DNA of 62,813 nucleotides, filler included, from Aduncisulcus paluster (GCA_024181965.1; 7 parts of 7 records of this genome joined end to end with filler, not necessarily neighbours in it); one strand, 5' to 3'; shown: positions 34,056 through 48,758, counted from the first letter of the whole stretch. Program-made: numbers and translations. The notes: a model not told the origin generated them from the sequence alone.

Positions 34056-35601
34056 TCACCTCTATTATTTAACTTATGCTTAGATAGAGCTATTCGTGAC
34101 GAGGACATCAGGTCCAATATACTGGGGTATGCAGACGACATCATATCTTTCGGAAAGAATCAGGAGGAGGGTCAAGAGAGGATGAATCGACTGATAAGTC
34201 AGCTTAAAAATGTATCTTTTGTTGTGAACCCTTCGAAGTGCTTTTTCATCAGCGCTGATTACATGTCTGTCGATGGTAGCCCGATTCCTAGAGGGACAGC
34301 CCTGGCATCAAAATACCTCGGCATTGGCATAGAACCAGGAGCACCCATGTCATCAGCGTGTGCAACACAATATCCCCCTCCTCCTTCCTCACTTCATCAT
34401 TGCGGCCAACACCTTCATAGTCCTAAAATTTGTATATATGGGTACTCTTGGCTTCCTTACCCAGTACAATGTAAGGTGGTTGATGTATGATCGCACGCAA
34501 GCTTTGTAAGCTCATCCACTCATCCTTCGAGAGTTTCCCAAAGTCATACATATACACCCCTAGGAGCATGGGAGGAATAAGAATATCATCTCTCCAGATG
34601 GTAGTGGATATTTCACGGGTAAACAACTTGCTGCGGGCTCTCTCTGACCCCACTCTGAAGGCATCATTCGAGTCATTTCTAGGACGGAGCAGTCACGCTT
34701 GGACAGAAGAAGGTGTATTGGACATCACATATACAACCCAGGGTGATGTGAGTAGAACATTCCCAGAAAGTAATGCTAGAATCCTGAACCTTAACTGGCT
34801 ACCAGCCATGATGTCATTGAGAAGGATGAACATCAAACTCAAGAAAGGAGAGGACACGCTCCTTTTAGTGGAACCGGGAACTCCATTTGAAGTGACTGTG
34901 AAAACCACAGACAGACTGAGACGAAGAGCTGGGTTAAAACAATACACCTCATGGGGGGCAATGGTATGTAGAAGGGCAGCGCCATATTATAAGGACCACC
35001 CTTCAGCGGCATCAATCTTCAAAAGATCTGCACACTTCCTCCAGTCACTCATCCTTATGAGAATCCATCTCTCAAACACTACTCGAATCGGAGATAAAAG
35101 TTGCCTTCTCTGTCAAGCCCCTATAGAATCGCAGAACCACGCTCTGGGAGCGTGTGCCGCCTCCATGTTGGATTATCGTCATCGTTACCACCAGGTCAGA
35201 GACGCAATTGTCGAGAGCATCCGCTCAGTACACCCACTCATCCCCGTAAGGGTTGAACAAGTTCCTGAAGGAGAAGTGAGGTTGAGACCTGACATTCTTG
35301 TAGACGTAGCTGACCCTATTTACATCGAGGTTACACCGTCACATATGAGGATGCTGATCTCAGTCAGTTGGAGAAGGTCACACTGCATAAGAAGACCAAA
35401 TATGCTTCCTTGAGTAACGTTATAGTGATGACATTTGGTCACGCGGGCATCTATCTCCCTTCCGTTATTGAGGACATTAAGGACTTGCTGCCATTCTCCG
35501 AACGTCAGGCATTTAGGATTGCTGACGATGGAGCACGAACAGCGATGAAAGAATCATTCAGGATCTTGAAAAAACTCTTTTCTCAATCCCAACACCTTTA
35601 A
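34056..35601 (+). mobile_element. Degenerate, 5'-truncated non-LTR retrotransposon with a restriction-like endonuclease (R2/R4/NeSL-type architecture)
   Basis: 'SPLLFNLCLD' (34056), 'ILGYADDII' (YADD at 34128), 'VNPSKC', 'KYLGI', 'IYTPRSMGGI', CCHC knuckle 'CLLC...ESQNHALGAC', 'RHRYHQVRD', and PD-(D/E) 'LRPDILV...YIEVT'. Several frameshifts. Confidence 0.88.
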
Positions 35602-36155
35602 TTCAATCCATTGGTGATCGAAGCTTCATCATGAACCAATGGGATGATCTCAAACAGATCAACATTGCTCCATGGCTTATTAGTTTGGATTCATAGTATT
35701 AATAATGATATTACAGAATCTCTTAGACCGTCTTCTCAGTTTCATGAGACCGTTCTCAATCGAAAATATCGACACTGCTCAGCTGGGATTCCGGACGATT
35801 TTTGACAAGCTTAAAAACACAAATAAATGAATAATATCAATCAACTTTTAATAAAATATCTTATTTTATAAATTATTTTAAAACTATTTTTATTATTTTT
35901 ATCCGAAAAAATGTAGAAATGATTCGGAAAAATAATTCAATGCTTTTGAAAGATTAGTATTTTGTCATCAAAAATTTTGTCAATCTTAAAGCCTACATTT
36001 ACAACTAATTAGAAATCTGTTAAAGTATGGCAAAATTATAAAGCAATTCGAAAATTGTCGTCATCGTTGAAAAAAGAAGATATTATTGTTATTATGGAAC
36101 GAGAAGTGACAACCCATTTCAGATTGGAAAATGATTCCTCTAAAATGGCTATAAG

Positions 36156-36818
36156 ATGTTGTGCCTGCTCCAGGTGTTAAAGGATTGGAAATCCTTTCGT
36201 TCTCACATCTTATCTCATGACCATTTTAGAAATGTTACAAAAGAAGAGATTTTAACAAAAGAAGGGGAATTAATTGGGAAAAGGAGATATAGGGAAAAAT
36301 GTGTCGAACAAGCAATTAAATCGAGAATACCAATCCCATCTTTAATTCAATTTATGAGTTTGAAATTTCAGGATTTCCTGAAGGAATGGTTTTCAACATA
36401 CTCAAAACCTGTGGAGCTATGTGCCTCAACGTGTTATGACAGTGCTCATAGAGTGAGTCAAAGATCTCTGTCCGAAGAGAGAAAGCAAGCTCTTTCTGGA
36501 GTTTATTCGGTAATTTTAGACAAAACAACAACACGAGGAAAATCTATATTGGCTATTTTAATATACAATGCGAAGAAAACGACAGCTGTTGGATATGTCG
36601 ATATTGGCTCCATAAAGGACGAAATGTGGACGAAATCTTTTATGGATGAAGTATACAAATCATATGTCTCTGAATTAGCCTCAAAACACCAGCACGAAAC
36701 ACCCGGAATAACAAAAGAATTTAATATTACAGATTCGAAAGGAATCAAGAAAATATTTCGAAACATTATATGGATTTTGGGATGTTTACCAGCAAAGATG
36801 TTAAAATTCCAGTTCTAA
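36156..36818 (+). mobile_element. Possible hAT-like DDE transposase fragment
   Basis: 'IPIPSL...FQDFLKEW...YSVILDKTTTRGKSILAILI' resembles the first catalytic-Asp region (S-I-x-D-E/K-T-T) of hAT-like transposases. It sits in a TE-rich contig. Confidence 0.4.
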
Positions 36819-37319
36819 AATCCACTGAATGAAATCTCTCCATGTCTCCTTATTTGAGCAGGTTTCAGTCAAATTGCGAAAAACCGGCCAGCGATCGGCT
36901 AAAATAAAATACATTTTTATAAGATTATTGGATAACTTAGAAATGAAAAATAAATAATCAAAATATTAATATAATTAAATAAAGATTAAAAACATACCGT
37001 TGTGGCCAAACTAACTATAATGCGGTCCAATTTATTAATAAACAGATCTCGAGCGAACCAATCTATTTTTAGAATGTCCCTGAGAATGGTCACCACATCC
37101 TCCTCTCACTTGAAGAGGGCATCTCATGGCCGAAACCCTGTTCTCCTCTTCGTGATCATTCTCTTGGCGTAACAAACAACTATTATTTAAGCAAACAACA
37201 CTCTTTGACCCGTTTATAGTAGCATATACCGGCTACAGACGGTATTCTGATCAAAATGGGCGCATGACGCATACAGCATCAATGCAAACATGAACACACA
37301 TACAATCACAATCAAATGG

Positions 37320-37540
37320 CGTACACATACAACACATAACACGACATATGGCGTACACACAACAACAACAACACAACACAACAACAACAACACAACACAA
37401 CAACACAACAACAACACAACACAACACAACAACGCAACAACAACACAACAACAACACAACACAACACAAATGGCTTCGACACACCAGAATCCAACACAAA
37501 CAACAACATATCCAGGGACACGACAAACAACAACAACAAA
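37320..37540. repeat. Degenerate (CAA/CAACA) microsatellite
   Basis: Run of ACAAC/CAA units. The overlapping V/C-rich and T/N/Q/H-rich ORFs are by-products of the repeat. Confidence 0.9.
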
Positions 37541-38475
37541 CTTGCAGCTATCATATGGCATTGGCTTTTATGGAATCTTCGGATGCACCGACCCGTGGNN
37601 NNNNNNNNNNNNNNNNNNNNNNNNNNNNNNNNNNNNNNNNNNTTAATTAATTAANNNNNNNNNNNNNNNNNNNNNNNNNNNNNNNNNNNNNNNNNNNNGC
37701 ACCAGAAACAGCGTTTTTTGCATGATCCAATGTATTCTGACACCCCCCTTAAGAAATCCAGTGCTTTTTACACCGATGTGGCTGAGATAGCTTCTATAAC
37801 AGAACCTCTTACCATCAGATGCTTGAAGCCCACCTTGATTGGTTCTGAAGGGGAGAGTTCTTCACGATTCAAGGATATCCCCGAAGCACACACTCTCATT
37901 CCCAACGAAACTTCACAAAATTACGCTTTGCATGTTTGTCATGGCGATAAGTCTCCCGTTTCTCCCGTTCCAAAGTAGATGTCTCTGTCACTTTCTGTCT
38001 GCATTTACATGTGTTTATAGATCATTTCTGCCATTCAAATATCGTTCTTTTTACATTGTCGTTTTGATGTCTTGAAAACCCAGTGTTGATGTATTTTATA
38101 AAGACACGGGGTTCGTCGGAACCAATGGTATTTGACAATCGATTGTTTGTGTCATATGATCGAAATAAAGGTATCGTAGAGTAATTGTAACCAGAAAATT
38201 TACAAGAGTCAAAACCACATCTTTATACCCTGTATAACGGGCCGTTAAAAGAAAGATTCCCTTTCCGGGCAATTCGTTATTGTTCTTGGCAATAAAAATC
38301 TTTTCTATTATTTAAAAGGATCGTTATAATGAAATTTTCAAAGAAAACTTGATTTTTATTTGTGATTGGTACAATGACATTATTTAATTTCTTCTGAAAA
38401 GTGAGTTGATAAAAATACTTCAATTTATTTTTCATTAAACGTGTTTTTCATTATTTTTATTTTCATCCGTAAATA

Positions 38476-41400
38476 ATGGCTAATTCCTTTGTCATTTCCC
38501 CTAAATTTCAAATCTTTTCTCACGTGTTTTTTACGGCTACTTTTCTTTTGATTTTGGTTTTAAAGCCAATTATTTGCAACTGTTCCCCTGTATCTATCGA
38601 TAACCAAGATAAATCTTCAATTGTGGCACCAAATATAAACCAACAACCCAAAATAATCTTATCTCATCCAACTAGCCCGAATACCCCTGAGAATTTCGGT
38701 GATTCTCACTATTATGATGATAATATTATTCAGGTAAATGACCTTTTCTCTCCTACTTTTGATATCCCCGATAATGTAGCTTTTTCTGAAACTTTTTATC
38801 AAGAAGCGCAAGAATACATAATTCCTGTTTTTATTCCAGACCCTTTCCTTCTTCGTTGTGTGTGTGATAAACTCGGAGAGCTTCCTCAATGTGCGCCTAC
38901 TCTGAATCAATTACGTAATCTTTATGGTGATTTTCAATGTATTTCCTCCAGACTTTCAGACCTTGAAGGCATTCAGTATCTCAGAAATATTTCTTCCCTT
39001 TCTTTAAACTATCATCCGTTTCTTGCTGGAATTTCCAAGATCAATTGTTCAAATTTGTCTTCTCTATCATTTAAATCTTTTGCAACTGTTGATCTCTCTA
39101 TTTTGTCGGAAAATTGTCAACAAATACTGAGTTTTGAACCTACAAGTGAAGATTCTTCCAATATAGCTCATCAGAATAGCTCAACTCCAAATATGGTCAG
39201 TTATGATCGCCATCCTGAAGTACTTTCCTTGAATGAATCCAACTTTTCGCCCATACTGAGCAATATTGTTGATATAAAGAGTGATGATGACAATGAGGTT
39301 GTCAATATTCCAGATTCTACACTAAACAACTGTATTTGCTCCCTTTTTGGATTTTCTGATTCAAATTGCTCCCTTACAAGAGGTCAAATGCGATCATACA
39401 CTGAGCCTCTTTCTTGTAGATCTAAAGGTATTGTGAATCTTGAAGGAATCCAATATTTTGATAGCATTACCTATTTGGATTTGGATCAAAATACTTCTTT
39501 AGTCGATGCCTCACTGATCAATTGCACGAACCTAGAAGTTCTATACTTATACAGCACCGCTGTTGATCCAACAACTTTGCCTACAACTTGTACCAAATTG
39601 ACTGAGATTCGTGTTAATAGCAATACCAAGATTGGTCAGCTCGGCTGGGGAAACATCCTCACTATGACTTCATTGACCTATATATATGCTTCTAGTTGTG
39701 CCATTTCTTCTATCGGGGATGATTTGTGTTACTCTCTTCCTAATCTGAAATACCTTGATCTTCAAGCCAATTCGAATACTCTCAGTGGATTCGAGACATT
39801 CCAGGATTGTGAAGCATTGACACATTTATATTTTTCGTATATTTACAATACGATAATTGATGAAGTCACAACCCCTTTCACATCTCTTCCTGATACCATC
39901 AACTGGGATATTCTCACGAATTTTGCTTGTTCTTATTGCCGATATGTGACAGATATAAGTGTTCTTGCCAATGCCATAAATATGATCTATCTTAATTTAA
40001 ATTATCTTATTGATGTTGAGTCCATAATTCCTCTCAATTCTATGAAATCATTGAGAATTTTATACATCTATTATTGGAGATCAATCAAAAATTGGAATGA
40101 ATTATCTGGTCTTTATGAACTTACCTCTATTCAAGCACACTATTCTAATATGAATATTTTCCCCGATATTTGTGATCCTGAGGATCCAAAACTTGTCACA
40201 TTGTATTTATATAATTCCTCGGGGTCTTATATTGATATCTCCAACCTTGGAAATTGTACCTCTTTAACTTACTTGGATTTAAGACATGCGAAGATTTATG
40301 AGACTCCTGAACCTATTAGCAGACTTTTTCAACTTGTCTCATTATATTTCAGTAATGTTAAGATTTATACGGTTATTGATGAAACAGCTGTTGTTGAGCC
40401 CATTTCAGATGGATCTTTTTTGGCAGGTTTGGTTAGTCTTACAACTTTTTATTCAAACGATACTGCTATTTCCGATCTCACTCCGTTTTATGTTGTTGAT
40501 GGGCATCCAATAGTTGATCTTAGAATGAATTCCAATAGTATTACATCTGTTGAACCACTTATGAATTTGACAAACCTGCAACACCTTGAAATGGAAAGCA
40601 ATAATATATCAGATATTTCTTATATTGCAGGAAATCCATCTTTGACGTATATTAATTTTCAGAATAATTCCATCCAATCTATCAGTTCAATTAGTGAAAA
40701 CCAAATGATTAATACAATGTATCTCGATAATAATCTTATTGAGGACATAAATCCTCTCGCAAACACCATTTCATCTCTCATCACCTTAACTTTGAATAAT
40801 AATCCTCTTGATATTAGTGCTGATAATCTGGTCAATTTATCCAATCTCGTTAAAATTCAAAGGCTTGAGATCTCTGGATGTGGGATTATCAATCTTCCTG
40901 ATATGTCTGGATTAGTGAAACTCACCGACTTGAATATATCGAACAATCCTCTTAGTGTTGATTCTGAAATGTCAGATCTATCGACTTTATCAACTCTAAC
41001 AATTCTTCAAACCTTGTATTTCAGATCAATAGCTGAAGGTAAGATTTCTGTCAATATGTCTTTCATGGATACACTCACGAAGTTAACGAATCTCTATCTG
41101 GAAGGAACTAAGATCGATAATATGACTCCGATTGCCAAATGTAGAACTTTGGTAAATTTGTATATCAATGATACTCAACCTGATTACTCTCCACCTTTAG
41201 GCATTATTCCTTTACATCCTCTGAAAAAGCTTCAAGTCCTATATGGTTATTCCTCACTTTATAATGATATATCTCCTCTATTTACAATGTCATCGGCTTT
41301 AATTTTACTCTATATTCGATATGACAGGATTTGTGTTGAAGATAATGCTACAATATATTCCTATATTACAGGATATGGAACAACAGCTCCTGGTGTTTTG

Positions 41401-44400
41401 CCTGCATTATCAAATAGGCGTGGTTATCTTGCAGATCAAAATTATTGTAAGCTTCCCGATGGGTATGCGTACGCTAAGCCCTCACTTCTTAAGAATGAGA
41501 TTGGAACATATGATCTTCAAACTTCAACAGAATATATCACCGGTGCAGCATGTTCATGGCTTGCTCTTCCTGAATATGATTCTGAGACAGGTGAACTATT
41601 GCAATGTCATGTCCTTCACGATGAGAATTTACGAACTAAGGTTGGTGAACTTCTTGTGGATATTGCTGCCGATGATGAGAATTTTACCTTCACTCTTGGC
41701 GATACCATCAACGTTTCACATCTTAGACGTTTGACAGGAACTTCATCAGAGCCTCTTGATCTGAGTAACCTTGGAATTGAGAGTGTTNNNNNNNNNNNNN
41801 NNNNNNNAACTATTGCAATGTCATGTCCTTCACGATGAGAATTTACGAACTAAGGTTGGTGAACTTCTTGTGGATATTGCTGCCGATGATGAGAATTTTA
41901 CCTTCACTCTTGGCGATACCATCAACGTTTCACATCTTAGACGTTTGACAGGAACTTCATCAGAGCCTCTTGATCTGAGTAACCTTGGAATTGAGAGTGT
42001 TCGTGGATTAGAGTATGTTTCTAAGGCCAGTTATATCAATCTTAGCCATAACAAGATCTCAGATGTCAGTCCTCTTCTAACCCTTCCCTCTCTGACATCT
42101 CTTGATCTGAGTTATAATTCCATATGTTTCCCGTTGTATTACTCTTCTCTGGCTGATCCATCTGAATCGGATTATGTGGCCGCTTTAAAGGCTGAATTTG
42201 TTGAATATACTACAGGGAGTGCGAGCAATTTGACCATTTCCATATCTGACCAATCGTGTGATGCATCATGTTCTGGAACCTCATCGATGGCAAGTGGCGA
42301 CCATGCTGTGTGTCATAATTCTTTCGGATCCACATTCACGGAAGAGTGTCGGATTGATCATTATCTAAGTTCTGTGTCTGGAACATGCATACGTGATTAT
42401 CTTGGTGTATGTTTCACCTGTGACAAATTGAATCGACAATGTCTGATTGATGATAGTTCTTCCATTTATGATCCCCTCCAAGAGTGTGGTGAGTGTCGGA
42501 CATGGTGGTATGGTGTTGACTGTGATCAACCTTGTCCCTTCGATCCTTTCGATGAGGATCAATTCGGTGAGGTTGAATCCACAGGAATGTGTGGTGTTAA
42601 CCATTCCATCACTGCTTCCCATGGTGTTTGTCTGGAAGATGATCACATATGCCAATGTGAGACGGATTACACTGGGTCTGCATGTGAATACGTGAAGTTT
42701 GACGATGAGAATCTGGAAGCGTCATTATGTCGAATCGTTCGAGATGATCCCGATGCTGTGTGCGATGGTGTTGCTCCATTTGAAATGCAACCCTTAAACG
42801 GTATTCTTGATCTGAGCAATAATGATCTTTCTGCTGGATTGAAAGGTCTTGAGTTTGCTATCAACATTTCAGGATTGGACTTAAGTTATAATCCTTTGGT
42901 TGATGAAACCGATGTATTATTTATTTCCACTTTTCTTATAGCCAATGAATCCTTCGATACATTGGATTTGAGTGGAACTGGTGTATCGGATATCTTATCA
43001 ACATCCTTTGGCGATTTATTCTCTACCATCACTTCTTTTGCTATCAGCGATTGTTCCCTGACAGATGTCTCTCAATTGACATCTTTCATAAATTTAACAT
43101 CATTGGGATTGTCCGATGTGACACAGTTAGATGATCAAGAATCTGGCCATTCTCTCACTGAAGATGACATTGGATCATGGCTCTCTTCAATGGAATCTCT
43201 TGCAACTCTTGACATTAGCAACAATAATATCACCTCACTGCGTTTTCTCCTTGAGATGAGCACTCAGCTGGAGGAGTTAAATATCTCGGGGAACAATGTA
43301 TCCGATCTTTCCCCGTTGTACAGTTTCTCGATGCTTCAATCTCTCTCTGTGATTGATACTCGAGTTGTTCAAGGTACCACTTCGACGGCGGATATCGTTG
43401 CAAAATTCGTGGGTCTTGAAGAGAGTGTTACTCTTGCAGAAGTCAACATTGAAACGTCATATGAGACACCATCTGCTTGTTCTTACCTCAATTTAGTTGA
43501 TGCCATTTCTTTGAATATGGTTTGTCTTGAAACATTCCCTGGTTCTGACACATGGTATCCTGTGTGTGCAAGCAATTCGTTCGCCAAATACTCTGACGCT
43601 TCGACGTTCTCGTGCACACAGACGAACGATGTTGACACTGGCACGAACTGTATTGGAGGGTGTGCTTATGGCCAAGAGTGTCGACAGGTTGTGTTGTCTA
43701 CTGTTGGCAGTGATCTTGTGAGTGGGGAATGTATTGATGTTGTGGTCGACCCTGCTCTCCATTCGTGTGTTGCCGACATGTTTCCCTCGTCCTCTCCCCA
43801 TGTTCTCACTGTGTATGATTCCTCTTCCGATTCCACGTCTGTGCTCTTCAGTGTTGCCTCGTTGAAGACCCTTGAGACTGTCTCCTCTGAACCTGCTGGC
43901 GATCCATCCCCGATCCTGTCGTGTTCTGCACAGGATGTATCGGATCTATCTGGAATCGAACATATTGGAGGGATTACTATTATTGATGTGAGTTATAACT
44001 TTCTTGGGCACAATACATCAAATTTATTTTTGCTATCGAATTTGTCAAATTTAGTTGAAATTAATCTGAGTGGAACCGATATAAATGTGATCAATTCTCT
44101 ATCTCACATCCCAAAATCAAGTTTAACCACGTTGAAGATGGATTCTCTTGATGTTCGTGCGGATACAGATTTCTCCCAGTTCTCTGATGTTACTGCCCTC
44201 TCTTTGCGAGATAACTCGTCTTTCACTCTCTCTTCTTCAACATCTTGTTATTTATCTTCATTCTGTCTGCCATCCTCACTCTTGTCCCTTGACATCAGTG
44301 GGTGTTCATCCTTCACTGATTTATCTTCCCTTATTCCATTGTCCTCATCATTGATCTCTCTGGGTGCATCCAACATTGGGCTCACTGATTCTTCACTGTT

Positions 44401-46893
44401 CGATGTTTCATCTCTATCCTCTCTTCAGTCATTAGATCTATCAAACAATTCTCTGACAGACATCTCTCTGCTGTTCCAGTTGTCCGAGTTGACTTCCTTG
44501 GACGTGTCTCAAAACAAGCTTTGTAGAGTGACAGATGAGATATTTACACCATTCTTCACTCTTTCTGACATCATCACAATCACGACTAGCAATGAGTCAA
44601 CTTCCACTGCGATTGACCAAGATGATGCTTATTGCGGGTATTGTTCCGGTTCAACTCCTTCTGTCGATCCTTCTTCTAATGTTGTGTGCAAAGAGGTGTG
44701 GAGTGGCGAGTACCATACGGATTGTGCTATCTTCAGCTATCGTGATTACTCCAACTCTGGGTCTGGGTCTGGGTCTGGGTCTGGCTCTGAACCGTTAACA
44801 TGTGTGAACTTTGGATCTGAAGTTGACACTTCTTCCTTAACGTGCTTGTCTGGCATCGAGTCCAATCCCAACACTCAGTGCATGGGTGTCTACAACGAGT
44901 CCAATGCATCCGTTTCTATCGAGAGTGGATGTGTTGAAGGGTGGTATGGCGATGAGTGTCTGGATGAATGTCCATTCCAAGGCACTGAGGAATGCGTTCA
45001 TTATTCCAACCAACAACAATGTGGAGGATCTGAGTATGGAGCATGTGACAGTTCAACACATACATGTGATTGCTCTCTGTCTGGCTTCCATGGTGATTCG
45101 TGTCAATATGTCACATTCGCTGATTCCCACATTCTCTCTGCTCTGTGTTCACTTGTTGATGGTCATGACTCCACATGTGACGATCAGAGTGAGGGTGATC
45201 TGACAGAGAGTGATCTTGCAGGGATTACATTGTCTGCTGGTGAATGTCTTGATCTGTCCAGTCTTGATATCACTAATTTTTCTGGACTTGAATATCTTAC
45301 GAACATCTCATGCATCGATCTGAGTGGAAACACTTCCTTGAGTGATATCTCTGTTCTTGACTCCTTGAGTGAGTTTAACCATCTGACTGCCCTGAACATC
45401 TCCGATACAGCCGTGGATGACTTGACCCAGATTTTGTCTTTGTCTGGTGTTCTGACCTCTTTGAATGTTAGTAACAACCCAAGTATCTCAGTCTCTGATA
45501 TNNNNNNNNNNNNNNNNNNNNTCACTAATTTTTCTGGACTTGAATATCTTACGAACATCTCATGCATCGATCTGAGTGGAAACACTTCCTTGAGTGATAT
45601 CTCTGTTCTTGACTCCTTGAGTGAGTTTAACCATCTGACTGCCCTGAACATCTCCGATACAGCCGTGGATGACTTGACCCAGATTTTGTCTTTGTCTGGT
45701 GTTCTGACCTCTTTGAATGTTAGTAACAACCCAAGTATCTCAGTCTCTGATATTGCATCTATTTTTGGATCATCCTTGACTGAGCTTGATGTGAGTGGCA
45801 TGGAGTTGGATGATCTGTCGTGGCTCAATGAATATGATTCTAGTTCTGGTTCTGTCTCAATCCTGTTCCCGATGTTAGAGTATCTGGATGTGAGTGATAA
45901 CAACATCTCTGATCCATCTCCATTGCTTTCTCTTTCATCGACTCTCACCACACTCGAACTAAGTGGGAACAATATCAGTGGAATGGATAATATGGAGGAA
46001 GTGGAATTGTTCATGTCTCACTTCCCACTGTTGATAAGTGATGAGTCTACCATCTTCGCTGGGAATGAACCTTTGTGTGATGATGATTCCATCTCACTCT
46101 CATCCAATATCGTCTGCTCTGAGCTCTGGCCTGGCAAGTATTCTGCAACATGTTGTTCATCATGTTACACCGATGTGAGTTCATCCTCATTATCGTGTGT
46201 GCTGATCGATGATGATGAAACTTCTGCATCCTTGTATGCTGTGTGCTCTAGTCTCTCGGGTACCAACAAGAAGTGCATTGGAATAGGCTCTGATGTGTCT
46301 GTGGATGGAATATCCATTGTGTGTTCTGAAGGATGGTATGGTGATGATTGTCTGTCCGAATGTTCTGTTGATGACTATGGGTATGAATGTGGGAATTATG
46401 ATGGAACCGATAATAATCCTTGTGACTCTGAAACACACACATGCACCTGCTCTTCATCTTCATCGTCACCTCTCATGACTGGTGACCTGTGTGAGATTGA
46501 GAGTGGAGTGACACTACTGTCTTCCCTTGGGATGGATGTTGCCCTCGTTGAAGCTATCTGTGAGTCCATGTATGTTGATGATGCAGATGTCCAATCGTTA
46601 TGTTCTTCTTCTTCTGCTGAAAACATTCTCTCCTCACTGACTGTGGATGATCTCTCCACCATCACATCTCTCACCATCCCAACCACCGTGGCTTCCCTCT
46701 CAGGGCTTGAATATGCCGAGCACCTTGAGATCCTTTCGTTTGATCCTGGAAACACTCTCATCTCTGATCTATCACCCATTGCATCCTTATCCTCGTTGTA
46801 TGTGCTCGAGCTTGATTCCCTCGAAAACATGGATGTATCACTTCTGAGCACATTGACGGATGCTGTCGGTGCTCTGAAGATGGATCTTGAGTC
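38476..46893 (+). CDS. Giant LRR and cysteine-rich EGF-like surface/secreted protein (>2,600 aa, 3'-truncated)
   Basis: Hydrophobic N-terminal segment. Repeated caps 'IPD..L...C.C' and 'F.D..L...LC', internalin-like LRRs 'L..LDLS.N.ISD.SPL', and EGF-like 'C..GWYG..C...C' and 'C.C...F.G..C' modules. Removing the 214-bp and 252-bp gap duplications gives one frame. Confidence 0.88.
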
Positions 46894-46993
46894 NNNNNNN
46901 NNNNNNNNNNNNNNNNNNNNNNNNNNNNNNNNNNNNNTTAATTAATTAANNNNNNNNNNNNNNNNNNNNNNNNNNNNNNNNNNNNNNNNNNNN

Positions 46994-48758
46994 ATCTAGT
47001 CGCCTGGGTGTTTGTGAAGACTTCACCAAGGAAGAAAGGTTTTGAGAAATCCTCGCCATCCACACTAACAATCACGCTTCCTACACCTCTTACTGTGAGT
47101 GGAATGGCTGTGTGGGAACGTCCATCACCCCCCTTACTACTGACAACATCGATACAGTCCTTGATAGCCTTTGACTCATTAAGAAGGAGAGAGATCGACA
47201 GAGGAATGCAAGTATGGGGAGGAAGAGTGAATTCTATGGATTTAAATTCAGATGACGTATACGAATGATCGAAATTGAACATCTTTATGGGGGTTCCACC
47301 AGAACCAGACAGTGATACCATGGCCGATTCCTCACTTTCTTTATCTTTGGCATATTTGCGATCAAATTTAAGCTTAAATATACTCCGTTCACCCCTAATA
47401 CAGACTCCAACGAGCGCTGGGACGACAGAGTTGTTCAAAAGTGTAAAAGACTTCGAATGAGGCGTGAGGACACTCCTGGCTCCAAAATCTATATGATTGA
47501 CGGACGATGTCACATTGGGACCAACACCAGTGACACGAATGGTGCTTGTGCACTGTGACACGGGCGAACCATCCGGATTAGAGGCAATGGTACGGACAAT
47601 AACGTGGAGGGTGAACGTACCAGCGACAAGAAGGGTGGTACTCACATGTAGTGTCTTCGATTTCCCTTTTTCCAGTATACCAGATGCAGGTTGGACCTCG
47701 TTGATGACAACATTACGTTCTTTGTTTGAAGGGGGGATTATCTCAAATCTCCCATCGAATTCTTTGCTTTTGTTCGTTAATGTAAGGGTTGTATGGTATT
47801 TATAATCAATTTGACACTCTCCAAGGGAGATGTGTGAGGGGGAAAGAGATAGTTCAGGAGCAATGGCTTTTCCAACAATGGGGATGGTTTTCTTGTCAAC
47901 CCCAGGAACAGAAATAGCAAGAGCCGCTGAGAAATTCCCTATAATAGTCACAGGAGTGATATCCACCATCACAGCTTTTGTCTCACCTTCAGCGAACTCC
48001 AGGGTGGCTGGGTGGACGACAATATCATCACCAACAGCTCCCTCAATTGATAAATGCGCAATAAATGGTGCTGTGGATGTGTTAATTAGCCGCAACGGCC
48101 GAGAAGCAAGAAATCCATGAGAAATATCTCCCAACGATATTTCAGATGGAGAAACTGTGAAAGAGGGTGATTTTACACGAGCTTTTATATTAATTGTTAA
48201 CGGATCAGAACCATCTATGAAACATTGAGTCTGTAAACGGAATGTACCGACAGTTGATGGTCTAAATGATAGTTTGAGTTGTTTCGAGGATCCTGCTGCA
48301 ATATTTCCAGCTGCAGGTATAACTGTTACAATTCCCGATTCTTCCCATGCCCAAGCAGCTTCAATACCTCCAGTATTATTAATATGCAAGGGAACTTCCA
48401 CTCGCTTCCCGACAACAACGGAAGAAATATCAATATCAGTTGGATCAATAGTTAATGTTGGTCCTACACCAACACCAGTTAGTCGCAATATCTGTTCATG
48501 GACTTCATCGTCGCCTGTAGAAGTTGAGAGTGTAGCTGTCTCGAAAAAGGAGCTAGAAATGCTAGGACGAAAACTCACTTCAAATTCTTGAGCTGCCCCG
48601 GGAAAAAGAGTAGTTTTTTCAGGAAATATGGAAAAGGGAGAAGGACACGCCCACGAATAATAGCAAACTTCTTCACCATCATTTTTGATTGTTACTGTTT
48701 TCGAAGAAAATAAACTCACATATGTATCATCAAAATTAAGCACTGTAGTGAGCAACAT
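46994..48758 (-). CDS. HYDIN: HYDIN-like central-pair protein, N-terminal ASH (ASPM-SPD2-Hydin) Ig-like repeats; 3'-truncated
   Basis: Serial ASH repeats 'GPTLTIDPTDIDI...INNTG', 'PSFTVSPSEISLGDISHGF...LINTS', 'LGECQIDYKY...LTNKS...GRFEI', 'IDFG...FTLLNNSVVPA'. Start uncertain; the frame is open further upstream. Confidence 0.7.

Noticed and set aside
37012-37030. LSU rRNA / I-CeuI-like site (TAACTATAAtgCGGTCC)
   Set aside because: Short interrupted match with no flanking rRNA similarity.
37214-37650. Cys/Val-rich and Thr/Gln/His-rich ORFs; possible telomeric repeat
   Set aside because: These are translations of an irregular CAA/CAACA microsatellite, with no fixed telomere unit.
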